Below are positions 51,624 to 63,998 of a DNA stretch of 64,000 nt, in pieces; the stretch's first letter is position 1; every line of letters begins with the position of its first letter. The stretch lies in assembly GCF_009834535.1 (NCBI RefSeq), contig NC_045697.1:109184001-109248000 (forward strand). The letters are read 5' to 3'. Origin of the DNA: Camelus ferus (Eukaryota). The notes under the pieces were generated by a model that saw only the letters and a list, made by a program, of their open reading frames with translations, was not told where the DNA came from and did not search any database. The position numbers were made by a program, and so were the translations under genes.

Positions 51624-52320
51624 AGAAGGGTTAACTGAGGGAGTGAGACCTGGCGGTGATCAAGAGGCAGACCGGCTACACAGAAGGGGTTAATCTAGTG
51701 GAGAAAAAAAAAACTCCCCTCTTCCTGTGAAGTAGAAGGGAGGAAGAATGCATACATTCAGGGTCTAGGATGTCTGTTGGGAGTGGAATCCTGAAGTCCT
51801 GTCAGCAGAACAATTTCCTGCTGAGCGAGATGCTAAAAGTCCTATTCCATAATTTCCTGCCTCAGAGGTATTATTTCCTATTGCAATTACTGTTTGCAGG
51901 AATCACATCAAAGTGAAGGACAGGCAGAGGGCTGGTTTTCTTTGGGCTGTGTGCCCACATTCTTCTGCCGTGGAATACTGGAGCAGTTTGAGAGCGAACC
52001 ACTTCACAGGTCTCCAAAGTTAAGGGCATCTGCTTCTTTTCCAGTGGAAAAACCTGGGAGCGAAAAAGGCTTCAATCCCCATCAGTGTATGTGACAGCCA
52101 GTGAATGACACACGGCTGACAAGCTTACTTCCACAGACACATCCTCGGGGCGTGATTTGGCAGATGAGATTCACTTCTCATCATGTTATACTTTTGGCTT
52201 AAAATCACCCTGCAGTGACGTGCCCTCCCGTGGTCTGTGATGTCACTGACATCCCTCCTCCCCTTTGCCGTCTCACTGCAGCCAACCTGATTCAGGTGAG
52301 GGAGGTGGGAGGACGTTGAA

Positions 52321-52535
52321 CAGCAATCCTCAAACCATGGGTTTCACAAGCAGGTTGTGAATCCAGTCATGGGCTGCAACCAACCTATTTTAAAAAAATG
52401 AAATAGAACAGAAGACAGCAGGGAGCTAAGTGTGATCTCACGCGACTTGTGTTTCAGTGAAACATGTGCCTGGACTGGACCACAACATATAATGTGTTTC
52501 TGCATGCCTCATGGTCACAAAGGTTTGGGAAGTTC
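52321..52535. mobile_element. hAT-Charlie MITE remnant (MER103-like)
   Basis: cagcaatcctcaaacc start, aaaaatgaaatagaacagaa core, ...ggtcacaaaggtttgggaa end. Confidence 0.45.
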
Positions 52536-54484
52536 AGGGGTACAAGTATCTGGATCCTTTACTAATAGTGTGGCCCTTGGCAGGTTACTGAATGTCCCTG
52601 TGGCTTAGTTGGAGCTGTAGTCTGGAAAATGGGATAATACCGGTATCTATTTCATATGGTTGTTGAAAGGATTAAAGAGGAAATGCCTGAAAAGCATTTT
52701 GCACTTCGCCTGGTTCACAGTCAGTGCTTATTATGATTTCTTCTCCCGCCTAGATTTAGAGCCCAGACCTTTCTTCTGCGACTGGAACTGTGAACTCCCC
52801 AGTCTGCTTGACATCTCGTGGTTGGTCCACAACCTCTCCAGCTCAGTCTGTCCAGATTCGAACTCAACTCATCACCCCCTTCTCTTCCCAGTCTTCGCCT
52901 CTCCTGGTGCGCCATCCCACCCCCCAAGCACGCAGACCCCTCTGCTGCTCTGCCAGAATCCAGTTCTCTGTGAGAGGTGCTATCACTCACCTCTCACTTG
53001 GGCTGTCTGAGCAGCATCGTACTAATTCCTCCAGGAGCCGACTTCTGAGCCTGGGTCACCACCATCACCCACTGGCTTAGTGAGATTCTGCCCGAAGTCA
53101 TGCTCCGTTCACCACACCTCAGCTTGCCTAGATCCATCCCCTCCAGCCTTTCACGTCTGTGAGTCTTCAATGGCTCTCACGATTTCCAGGTTCAAGTCCA
53201 CCTCCTTCAGCCTACAAGGCAAGGTCCATCATGGCCTGGCCTCTGACTACCTTCCCCTTGTACTTCGTACTCTGGTGATTCCAAACTGCTTGTCGGTGGA
53301 CACACATGCCTTCCAGTTTCCACTGCCCTGAATGCTCGTTCCACCGTTCTGTTGTATGTATGGCTAACTCTGACTTGTCCTTCAGGGCTCAACATTGATT
53401 TTCGAGTGAGAAAGACTTAGCTTTGAATCCCCTCATCAATAGTCAATAGCTGTGTGAGTCTGAGGAGCAAATTTCTGAAGCACTTGATGTCATTTTGTGC
53501 ATCTGTGAAATAGGAATAGCAAGATCTACCTCAGAGAGTTGTGAGAATTACATGAATGGCTGTGTGTAAAGACCAGTGCCTGGCAGGTACCAAGGACTTA
53601 ATGAATAAGTGGCTGTGATTGTTTTATTTATCATCATTATTTTTCATTTAAAAAAAAAAAAGGTTCAGTTCACCTCCTTGTGGACCAGAGCTTCTCACAG
53701 ACCTGAATGAGTCAGGTGGTCAAAGATTAATGAATTTGCACCAGCTGTTCCTTCTGTCCAGTTACCCTTCCCACTCTTCTTCCCTTGACTCACCTCTCTC
53801 TCTCCATTAAGATTCATTCAACCGAAGAGTCACCTCCTCAGGGACCTCCCCATCCCCCTGGACCCCCAGGGCACCCTGTGCTCACCTCCATCAGCATTCT
53901 TGCTGCCCAAACTGTTATGCCTTCTTTCCCCCGGACTCTTAAGTCTCCTGGGGGCTCTATGCCTTATTCACCGCTGTATCCCAAGCTCCCTCAGTGCATT
54001 CAGATGCCTGACAATATAGAACGTGATCGATAAATGTATCCTTGATGAACACATGGATGGGTGGGCGCACTGTTGTAATTCCTTCCTCCCTGCGATGCCT
54101 GCCTTCTCCCTTTCAGGAAATTCTTTCTGTTAATTGCAATCAGATTAGTTCTCTTAGAGTCTGTCACTCACCTGTGCTTCTCACACGGCTCTGGTCGCTG
54201 CACTGTGCTAACATCGGCGATTAGGACCTTCCACAAGGTGGCTTCTATTTAGCGTTCCAGACTTCTCTCGTTTTCTCCACCTTATCCTTTATGCCACGGA
54301 AAACCACGCTGTTTTCACTTCCTGAGTGCTTATCCCCTCTGGCTCTTTCTGCTTCCAAATACTTAACACCTTACCCACCTACTTTTCAGCCACGCCTCTT
54401 TACGTGTCCCCATCCTACAAACCCATGAAGCCCTCTTAAATGCTACTGTGCGACAATTCCAGAACCTTTTCTGATCTATTTTTT

Positions 54485-55282
54485 AAGCTTTATTTATTTA
54501 TTTTAAGCTCCTTTATTGTGGTATAATTTCTGTACAGTAAACTGCACATATTTCAGATGTACAATTTGATGAATTTTGATAGATGTATACACCTATGAAA
54601 CCACCACCATAATCAAGATAGCTAACATTTCCATCACTCCCCGTGAGGTGCAAATTTCGAACTGATTTATCCCTTCCCACCCCCTTTACCCCCTGGTAAA
54701 CATAAGTCTGTTCTCTATGTTTACGAGTCTGTTTCTGTTTTGTAGGTAAGTTCGTTTGTGTCCTTTTTTTTAGATTCCACATATAAGCGATATCATATGG
54801 TATTTTTCTTTCTCTTTCTGGCTTACTTCACTTAGAATGATGATCTCCAGGTCCATCCATGTTGCTGCAAATGGCATTATTTTATTCTTTTTCATGGCTG
54901 GGTAGTATTCCATTGTATATATATACACACCACAATTTCTTTATCCATTCATCTGTCAATGGACATTTGTGTTGTTTTCATGTCTTGGCTATTGTAAATA
55001 GTGTTGCTGTGAACATTGGGGTGCATGTGTCTTTCTGAGTTATATTTTTCTCTGGATATATGCCCAGGAGTGGGATTGCTGGATCATATGATAACTCTAT
55101 TTTTAGTTTTTTAAGGAACCTCTGTACTGTCCTCCATAGTGGCTGCACTAATTTGTATTCCTACCAACAGTGTAGGAGTGTTCCCTTTTCTCCATACCCT
55201 CTCTTCTTTTGAATGATGGCTGTTCTGACTGGTGTGAGGTGATACCTCACTGTAGTTTTGATGTGCATGTCTCTAACAATTA
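54485..55282 (-). mobile_element. 5'-truncated L1 (ORF2 end plus 3' UTR, alternative tail type)
   Basis: Same tail as the copies at 3816 and 5061. Near-TSD ctgatctattttt (54471) / ctgatccattttt (55283). Confidence 0.95.
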
Positions 55283-55573
55283 CTGATCCATTTTTGAATA
55301 AACAAAAGTAAGTTTCTCCCTCTGCACCCTCTACAATCTGCTATGGTCTTCTCTCCTGGAGAAGACTGTCCTCAATCCAGCAACTTATTTACATACTTGT
55401 TTTGGTTTTTTTTGTTTTTCATTGTTTTTTATTGGGTTTGCAATCTTGGGAGGTTTTTTAAAAGCAAAAATGAGAAAATTCTTTCTTTACTCTCATCTTA
55501 CATTTTTTTAGGTGTCCCAGACTACTACTGATTTATAGCAGAAATGGAGTGATCAGTGCTCAGTGACCAGTCT

Positions 55574-55606
55574 ACACACACACACACACACACACACAAG
55601 CACACA
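55574..55606 (+). repeat. (CA)n microsatellite
   Basis: acacacacacacacacacacacaca. Confidence 0.9.
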
Positions 55607-56194
55607 TACTCCTATCCATTATTATTCTGTTATTCTAAAGAAACGCACGCTTATTATGAAATATAAATTTCCTATAATCACATAGGCATAACATATTAGT
55701 TCCTTTCATTAAAAAAATTAATGTAAAATATATCTCTATATTATATACCTTACTGGAATAATTTAGAAGAATACGAGGGACATTATTAAAATTATATGTC
55801 CTATATTATAGTATATAATACATAATGGTATTATCTAGTATATAATATATTCTTATGAATTATTGCAGTAGCAAGGCGTATGAAAATATATAATATACAT
55901 ATAGCACATATTATATATTAATGGAGATATACATCTACATTATTAAATTTATTATATATTTATACATGTAATGAAATACATATAATATATAAAAATTACT
56001 CCATTTCTAGAATAATTAAAACAATATGAGAAACTTATAAGTTCAAACTTTAGAAACTTTATTATAGTTTTCTGCTTGGTATTAAAAGTAAGCAGATTCA
56101 GAAACATTAATTTCATTTCTTACTGTGAAATCAAAGAATCACATAAGTTAATATTATAATGAATGTTAGGCTTTTTAAAAATTGTCAACAGGTT

Positions 56195-56388
56195 CTTTTT
56201 TTTAGTGGTACAATTCCTGTACAGTAAACTACACATATTTCAGATGTACAATTTGATGAATTTTGATTGATGTATACGCCAATGAAACCACCACCACAAT
56301 CAAGATGGCTAGCATTTCCTTCACTCCCCAAGAGGTGCAATTTTTGAATTCCTAATTTATTCCTTTCCAACCCCTTTACCCCATGGTA
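56195..56388 (-). mobile_element. short L1 3' end (alternative tail type)
   Basis: gtggtacaattcctgtacagtaaactacacatatttcagatgtac...aagaggtgcaatttttgaattcctaatttattcc. Confidence 0.9.
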
Positions 56389-57613
56389 TATGTATTTGTT
56401 TTTGATGGCAAGTTTTTTGAGTCCAAGAATTGTGTCTCAAACTTCTGTGTAAACTTTCCAACATCTAGGACATCATGTTGCTTGTCGTTTCTCATCGGCG
56501 TTTGAGAAAACAACCAGAACTGACAATCAGCTAGATCTAGCTCTCCTTTCTGCCTCCTGCTTTATCTCTGGGGGCATGGGGTAGGAGAGATCAGAGTTTA
56601 ACTCTTGCCCTTTGATTCTTAAATATAATTCATTTAACTTTACATTAGCACCATGTTACAACCACATTGTACCAGGTATTCAATAAGCATGTTTGATGAA
56701 TTAATGATTGATTAGTGGTGTGGTTTCTTTTAGAATTAATACACCTTCAAGTCTGTTGTTTCTGGTTCTTAGTTATTTAGAAATGTGCATACTAATAAAA
56801 CAAGAGGCAAAGTATATGGAATGTGTAGATGTGAATCCACACACACATTGGTGGGTGGTGATTGCATATATATATATATATACGTGCATATACTCTACAC
56901 CATCAAGTAAAAAACAGGAGGATTAGGACAGTCAGTGAATGAGCTTACAAACGTGAAAACGTAACGATATTTCTTTTTCAAAGCCTAGAATTTATTTAGT
57001 AGTTTGTTCTCCAACTCAATCCCTCTGTGATCTACCGCTTCCCCGGTCGTGCAAAGCTTTGGGGTGTGTGATGGGTGATCTGCCGTGGTGGGGGTGGCAG
57101 CGTGACCTCCAGAGCTGGTCCTGGGTCCAGCTGGTCTAAAGCTCTGTTTCTTTGAAATTGAACCCCTTTCTCCAAGCAAAAGAGTCAGGCAGCTGAGCCT
57201 TCTTATCTGTTTGTCCTTCTGCCTCTCTTTCCATCCCACTCCTGAGTAACCGTGAGCCTTCAGATGGTGGTGGCCCTCGCTTTTGTGTGCCTGAGTCAAC
57301 CGTCCAAGCAAGACTCATGAACAAGTTGACAAAGCAAGTTTGCCAGTTCTCAACTGTTGATGTGTTTTGGCCAGGTTTAACTTCCAAAATTATTAAGGCA
57401 TGCTGTGTGGCATAACACAGTTCATAATTTATATCCAAGCAAATTCCATGGAGGTAAAGGTAATGAGTTGGCTATTGTGAAATCTCACATTGGTCCTTAC
57501 TGATGGGAGACATGTGGAATATACTGGCAATAACCAGAAAATGACTTCTATGTACTTTTGGTGTTGTTCCTGGGAGACCACAAAATCAGAACAATAATAG
57601 ATGGTTTCTCTAG

Positions 57614-57901
57614 GCATCAAAACACCAGCAGCATCCGAACAGTGGAATTATTTTCAAAGCACTGTTTTCATCTAGTTTTTAAAATCATGCCAATGTAATC
57701 GTTGAAGAGCATTTGCTCTAAGGAACACTGTGAGTGGGGATGCTGTGATCCACCGGCTTCAAAGGACGAGTGGGTGGTGTGGCAACAATAAAATCCACTG
57801 AATACTGGGTAAACTGGATTGTGGTGGATTGCTCCTCCAACGTCAAGGCAGCCTCACTGTTCATGCCAAGTTGTGTGGCTCTTGGTCATTTCCATGTTTT
57901 G
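57614..57901 (+). other. candidate internal non-coding (5' UTR) exon
   Basis: Acceptor gtttctctag|G at 57613/57614; donor either ACT|GTGAGT (57729/57730) or TTG|GTAGGT (57901/57902); unique, non-repeat sequence. Confidence 0.3.
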
Positions 57902-58846
57902 GTAGGTATTAGCTATGCTAAATGTTAAATTTCAGTGATACATATAACACATGTTACTTGCTAAAGCACCATTTTTTCTTTCTGTTGCTATAGTGGATTT
58001 TTTTTGTTTGTTTTTATTTTTATTTTTAAAGCACCGTTTTCAGTTACTGCTTTTTCAGAGTTAAGATAACTAAGCTCCAGAAATATTATTAATCCAAAAT
58101 AGATCCCATAGGTCTCTAAACATTTTGAATAAATATCTTCTCTTATTTCTAATACGATTATTTATAATTTTTTAATTGACATATAGTCGGTTTACAATGT
58201 TGTGTCAATTTCTGGTGTACAGCAGAATTCTTCAGTCATACGTGAATATACATATATTCATTTTCATATTCTTAAGACAATTCTTTAATCTCTGTTTTAT
58301 TCAAACCAATAATTCCTATCTTACGAATTTGTCCTTGAGAATAAAATGGTACATTTAACACAGAATCTGGTACATAGTACAGGCTAAATAAATGTGAGTT
58401 CCCTTGCCCTTCATACGCCATGAATCAAAATACGTACAAGGGAAAAGTAACAGTCACAGAGTAAATGACTGATACTTACTGAGCACTTACATAATACTTC
58501 TAGACCCTGCTGTATCAGGGATAAAAAGATGGGTAAGGCAGGGCCAGAAGGTCGCTCTCTAGCAGGAGAGGCAGACATTTAAACCCACAGTTGTTGCTGA
58601 GAGTGCTAAGTACAGCAACAGAAGTCCATCCAGGGAGGGCGGGTTACGTTGCCTGGGTGAAAGGGCTGTCAGGAGAGTTTTCAGAATAGAGGTGTTGCAT
58701 CAGCTGACTCTCTAGCAAGAGAAGAAAAGGATTGGATTCCAGGCCGGGGGAAAACGTGTACCAAGGCACCAAAGGCAGAGGGAGGGGAAAGACTCGGGAT
58801 TCCCTGGAGGCTTGGAATGAGTGCATTTAAAAGTCCTTTCTAGAAG

Positions 58847-58954
58847 AATAGGAAAACGAATATATGTATGTCTATGCATCACTGGGACGTTGTGTTCTAC
58901 ACCAGAAATTGACAGATTGTAACTGATGGTACTTTAAATAAATAAATAAAAATA
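58847..58954 (+). mobile_element. very short L1 3' end
   Basis: acaccagaaattgacagattgtaactgatggtacttt plus (aaat)n. TSD tcctttctagaaga on both sides. Confidence 0.85.
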
Positions 58955-59349
58955 AAAATCCTTTCTAGAAGATTCGTTGGAGGGCAAGCCTGTAGCAATT
59001 CCAGCCCCAGTTACAAGCATTGGAGCTGCTGGGCTTAAATGTCCCATGGTTGCTCATGGGATTTTCGTGTCTCAGTAACTTGAAGTGGTTTGTATGTTCT
59101 CATCACTGCAGGGAGGACCAGGAGATGGGGTCACAGGGGCAGAAGAGGTCCAGACCCTCCTGTATAAACACCTAAGGGCTCCTGTAATGGATTGATTGCT
59201 TGATCCCCGCCAGAGTTGAAGCCGTAACCTCCAGCATGATGGTACTCATTAGTAGATGGGGCCTTTGGGAAGTAATTGGGGTAGATGAGGTCATGGAGGG
59301 TGGTGATTAGTGCTCAGTCTCCAGGTTAGGAAATAACTCTGGCTTTGTG

Positions 59350-59821
59350 TTTTATTTTGTTTTGTTTTATTGAAGTATAGTCTGCTACAATGTGTCAGTC
59401 GCTGGTGTACAGCATAATGTCCCAGTCATGCATATATACACATGTATTCATTCTCATTTCTTTTTTATTAGAGCTTATTACAAGATACTGAATATAGTTC
59501 CCTACGTTATACAGAAGAAATTTATTTTTTCTGTTTTTATACATAGTAGTTAACATTTGCAAGTCTCAAACTTCCAAATTTATTCCTTCCCACCATCTTT
59601 CCCCTGGTAGCCATGAGATTATTTACTATGTCTGCAAGTCTGTTTTTGTTTTATAGGTAAGTTTATTAGTGTCTTCTTTTTTCTTTTCTTTTCTTTTCTT
59701 TTCTACATTCCACATATACGTGATATCGTATCTTTCTGGCTTACTTCACTTAGAATGACGATCTCCAGGTCCATCCATGTTGCTGCAAATGGCATTATTT
59801 TATTCTTCCTTATGACTGAGT
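59350..59821 (-). mobile_element. L1 3' fragment
   Basis: ttttattgaagtatagtc...ctttctggcttacttcacttagaatgacgatctccaggtccatccatgttgctgc. Confidence 0.9.
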
Positions 59822-62800
59822 CGTTTTCCCGTGACAAGTACTTCTGAAGGCATTTTACATGAGAACCTGGCCAGTAAGACTGTGTTCTCCCAGGAGTGCT
59901 GGTCCAGCCCCGGGAACATCCAGGCAGACTGATGATCAGTCAGTCTTCATCATGGGCTATTGTAGGCCACGTGCCAAGATTGCATGTGCGCTAGGACATC
60001 ACTGGGGCAGGATCCTGTCCTCGTGGAGTTTACAGCTTGGTGGGGAAGGCAGCTCTAACCAAGCAAGCAAATAGATACATCATTACAAACTGTCACAATT
60101 GTGGTAAAGGATTCCAACAGGGTAAAGTGCTAAAAAACAAAGAGGGGACACCACTTACAATGGGAGGGAAGAGGAGGTCACGACAAGGAGGCACCATCTG
60201 GGCAGAGAGCCAAGGGTGCAGGGGCAGCCTTGCACCTGGGGGTGGGGGGCTGGGAGCAGGGGTGCTGGGAGAGCCCTGACTGTTCAAACAAAAAGAAAAA
60301 TCGAGATAAAATCTGTTCTTTTCATGAATCGGCTTATGGGCAAGTCTAAATTAAGTCTGGGTTCTTCCATTTCCATTTCTGGGGGCAAACAAACATGTGT
60401 TAATAGCTTTTTAAAAATAGAATGGAAATCCTACCAAGGCCCTTCAGGGAAGGGCCGGAACTCACTGGTCATCTGAGGCCAACAACATGCTCTTCGGAGT
60501 AAATCTAGCTAAAAAGGCTTCATATGCCATCTGTACAACGGCTAATGATTTAACTTCCACACTTCTGTTTTTATGTTAGTGCCAGATTTTTATTGACAAG
60601 GTCAGAATCTGAAGATTCATAACTTCTTAACTATGCAGGGTTGGTAAATACACTCTGTTTGTTATGTCTTGGTTTTTTTCCCCCCCTTTCTATTCCCAGG
60701 AGCCTGTCTTCTCTGTGAATCCCCCTCTAACAGGATGTCCTGGTTTATTTTTTCCCTGCCCTTTGCCGAGTGGATGGCCAGGGTTTTAACCTTTTAGTAT
60801 CCTCACCCTTTGTGGTGGGTTCCTGTTTCTCTGCTATCTTGGGAACTCCTGCTGTTTGACTGCAGGGTTTGCATATTCATAAACTCTAAACCTTTAATTC
60901 CTCGGGCAGACCTGCCATGGTATGAGAGCTGTTTGTTATTCCTCAATACAGTTTTCTATTTTCACTTGGTGAGAAATACACCTATGCTTGTATTTCTAGT
61001 CGTTTCTGTTGTGGAACAGTCTCCAGAGAACTACGTAGTCATAATGAAACCCGGGCAGCCTGCAAAGACGGCTCCCCAGGTCTGCCTGTGCAAGTGAGGC
61101 CTGAGTCTGTACTAGGCTTTGCCACTTGGAGTTGCATGGCCTCGGGGGAGTCACGTCACCTCCGCAGACCCGTTTCTTTGTGTGTACTATGGTGATGGAC
61201 TGGATGTGGGCACAGAGCTCCAGGTGTTCTGAAGAGATGCATGGGGTGGGGGCAGCCAAGAGAGAGGTGAGCATGTTGGCAAGGCCCTCAGGACCAGGAC
61301 TGGTTCTTTAAACAAAGTATTTTGTGGCTTTAAAACCATGGGGACTGTATCATTGCTCTGGTCCTTTCCAAATTTAAATACCTCTGGTTCTATGAAAGGA
61401 TGAGAGTCTTGTGCCTTCTTGCTTCCAGTCACTGGTGGAGAGGCTCCAGGGCAAGAAGAGAAATAGAATAGAATTCAGGCCAGGAGCTGGGGTGGTGAAC
61501 TGAGCCCCCACTGGGACTAGAACGTGATGGAGTCTAATCCCTTGATACAGGCCCTTTGGTCTGAGCCTGGGGATCCGAAAATCCCTACGATGGAGGGGTG
61601 GCTTATATCCCCTTAGAGAGTACCAGTGCCACGCCACGTGGCAGGGGAAAGATGAAAGAAGGTGCCAGGTTCTTTGACTTCAGGCTTGTGCTTCTGGATG
61701 GGCACGAATTGAGCACTGGATGCAGTTGGGTGCATCCTGGCCAAGGTTCCCTCCCAGATCCCAGCTCCATACTTTTTCCTTTCTAGAGAAGCTTTGCTTT
61801 CTTTTCCACATTATTTAGCAGTAAAACAAAGAGGCAGTTCTGCAGGGAGCCAGTAGGTTGTCTGTGACTGAAATTATATATACACCTGTGACTGGGCTGT
61901 GTTTTTCCCAGAGAAGAGTCCCCACCAAGTTAGAGGCCACTGTTACAACATCTGACCTTGAGGGCTGCTCAACACTTCAGTCGGGCTGGATTATCAGACA
62001 CTTTATCCAGTAATGACAGCAGGAGGTGGATAACACATAGTTTTGAAAAGATGTACAGGAATAGATTTCTTGGAATGGCTTTATAAGAAAGCCTTTGCAT
62101 TTCCTCTGGTTCAAGGGAAACAAGTTTAATTATTCATTGCAGTGTATCTAGAATATGGCCTTTTTATAGCATTAGAGAAAGAATGTCTGGCCTGCGAGGA
62201 ATTTGATATGAACTGGAAAATAAAAACCTTCCTAGATCGCAGTGGAAAGTAAAGCACAGTGTCCTATTCCCATCCACAGATGCCGAGGAAGTTAGGGAAA
62301 GAGACGAGGAGAGGAGGAAATTCGGAATTACGTGGCATTTCTTGGGGGTATCTGAATGTTTTACAATGAAATTATTTGCAGTTTGATTTATCCAGGGCTG
62401 GGACTTGGCCTGTTTCTGGCAGGTCCCTCCTGCCCTCCCTCATTTTTCCCAGCCTTCTTCACACTCACCACACTTTCTGTCTTCTCTCATCCCCTGTGTG
62501 TAAAATTTAGGGGTGCTGTGACCCCCTGTGATGTTTCCTACAACTGGGTTTCTCCATACACAGCTCTGAGAAGTGAACTACATGCATTGCAAATTCTTGC
62601 ATCTGTGGAAGCAACTTGCCTTTGTCTGCAAGACACATGGTGACCATGCGTCTAAAGAACTGATTGTCTTTTCTTGTCTTATCTTGTGCGCAAGTAAATT
62701 GTCGGGGTTGTTTACTGACCTATCTTTGCTTGCGCACACTTAAGTTGTAGGTATTGTTTTTCTTTCTTTTTTTTAAACATTTTTTTATTGAGTAATAGTC

Positions 62801-63076
62801 ATTTTACAATGTTGAGTCAAATTCCAGTGTAGAGCACAATTTTTCAGTTATACATGAACATACATATATTCATTGTCACATTTTTTTTTCGCTTTGAGCT
62901 ACCACAAGATCTTGTATATATTTCCCTGTGCTCTACAGTATAATCTTGTTTATCTATTCTACATTTTAAAATCCCAGTCTGTAGCTTCCCACCTCCCGCC
63001 CCCTTGGCAACCACAAGTTTGTATTCTATGTCTGAGTCTGTTTCTGTTTTGTATTTGTGTTTGTTTGTTTGTTTGT

Positions 63077-63445
63077 TTAGATTCCACATATGAGCGATCT
63101 CATATGATATTTTTCTTTCTCTTTCTGGCTTACTTTACTTAGAATGACATTCTCCAGTGACATCCATGTTGCTGCAAATGGAGTTATGTTGTCGGTTTTT
63201 GTGGCTGAATAGTATTCCATTGTATAAATATACCACTTCTTCTTTATCCAGTCATCTGTTGATGGACTTTTAGGCTGTTTCCATGTCTTGGCTATTGTAA
63301 ATAGTACTACTATGAACATTGGGATGCAGGTGTCATCCTGAAGTAGGGTTCCTTCTGGATATATGCCCAGGAGCGGGATTCCTGGGTCATATGGTAAGTC
63401 TATTCCTAGTCTTTTGAGGAATCTCCATACTGTTTTCCACAGTGG
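63077..63445 (-). pseudogene. L1 ORF2p C-terminal fragment (~122 codons, open)
   Basis: [30 protein letters not shown]...AKTWKQPKSPSTDDWIKK...MEYYSA...SLICGI*. Confidence 0.9.
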
Positions 63446-63587
63446 CTTTCCTTGCTTCCCTCTCCCACTCTTAATGATTTAGATGTCTTCTTTTACAATT
63501 TTGTCTTTATTCTTTTTGTAATTCATGGCAGTTATCTCCTTTCCAGTTATGAGTTTCTCATTTTTGTAGCATCTTTCTTCTTTTTAT

Positions 63588-63998
63588 TTAGAGTAGACCT
63601 GTGAATATTTCTTTTAGCATGGGTTTAGTATTGCTAAACTCTTTTAGTTTTTGCTTGTCTATGAAGTTCTTTATCTCTCCTTCTATTCTAAAGGATAGCC
63701 TTGCTGGATAGAGTATCCTAGGCTGCATCTTTTCTTCATTCAGGACTTTGAATATATCTTGCCACTCCCTTCTGGCCTGTAGTGTTTGTGTAGAGAAATC
63801 AGCTGAGAGCCTTATGGGGGTTCCCTTGTAACTCACTCTTTGTTTTTGTCTTGCTGCCTTTAGGATCATTTCTTTATCCTTGACTCTTGCCATCTTGATT
63901 AGGATATGTCTTAGTGTGGGTCTGTTTGGGTTCTTCCTGTTTGGGACCCTCTGAGCCTCCTGTACTTGGATATCTGATTCCTTCTTTAGGTTTGGGAA
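63588..63998 (-). CDS. L1 ORF1p, C-terminal part (RRM/CTD), uninterrupted; 5' end outside the window
   Basis: FPNLKKESDIQVQEAQRVP...ILKAARQKQRVSYKGTPIRLSADFS...ARREWQDIFKVL...YPARLSF are canonical ORF1p motifs. Confidence 0.9.
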   Translation of the reverse strand, partial: FPNLKKESDIQVQEAQRVPNRKNPNRPTLRHILIKMARVKDKEMILKAARQKQRVSYKGTPIRLSADFSTQTLQARREWQDIFKVLNEEKMQPRILYPARLSFRIEGEIKNFIDKQKLKEFSNTKPMLKEIFTGLL

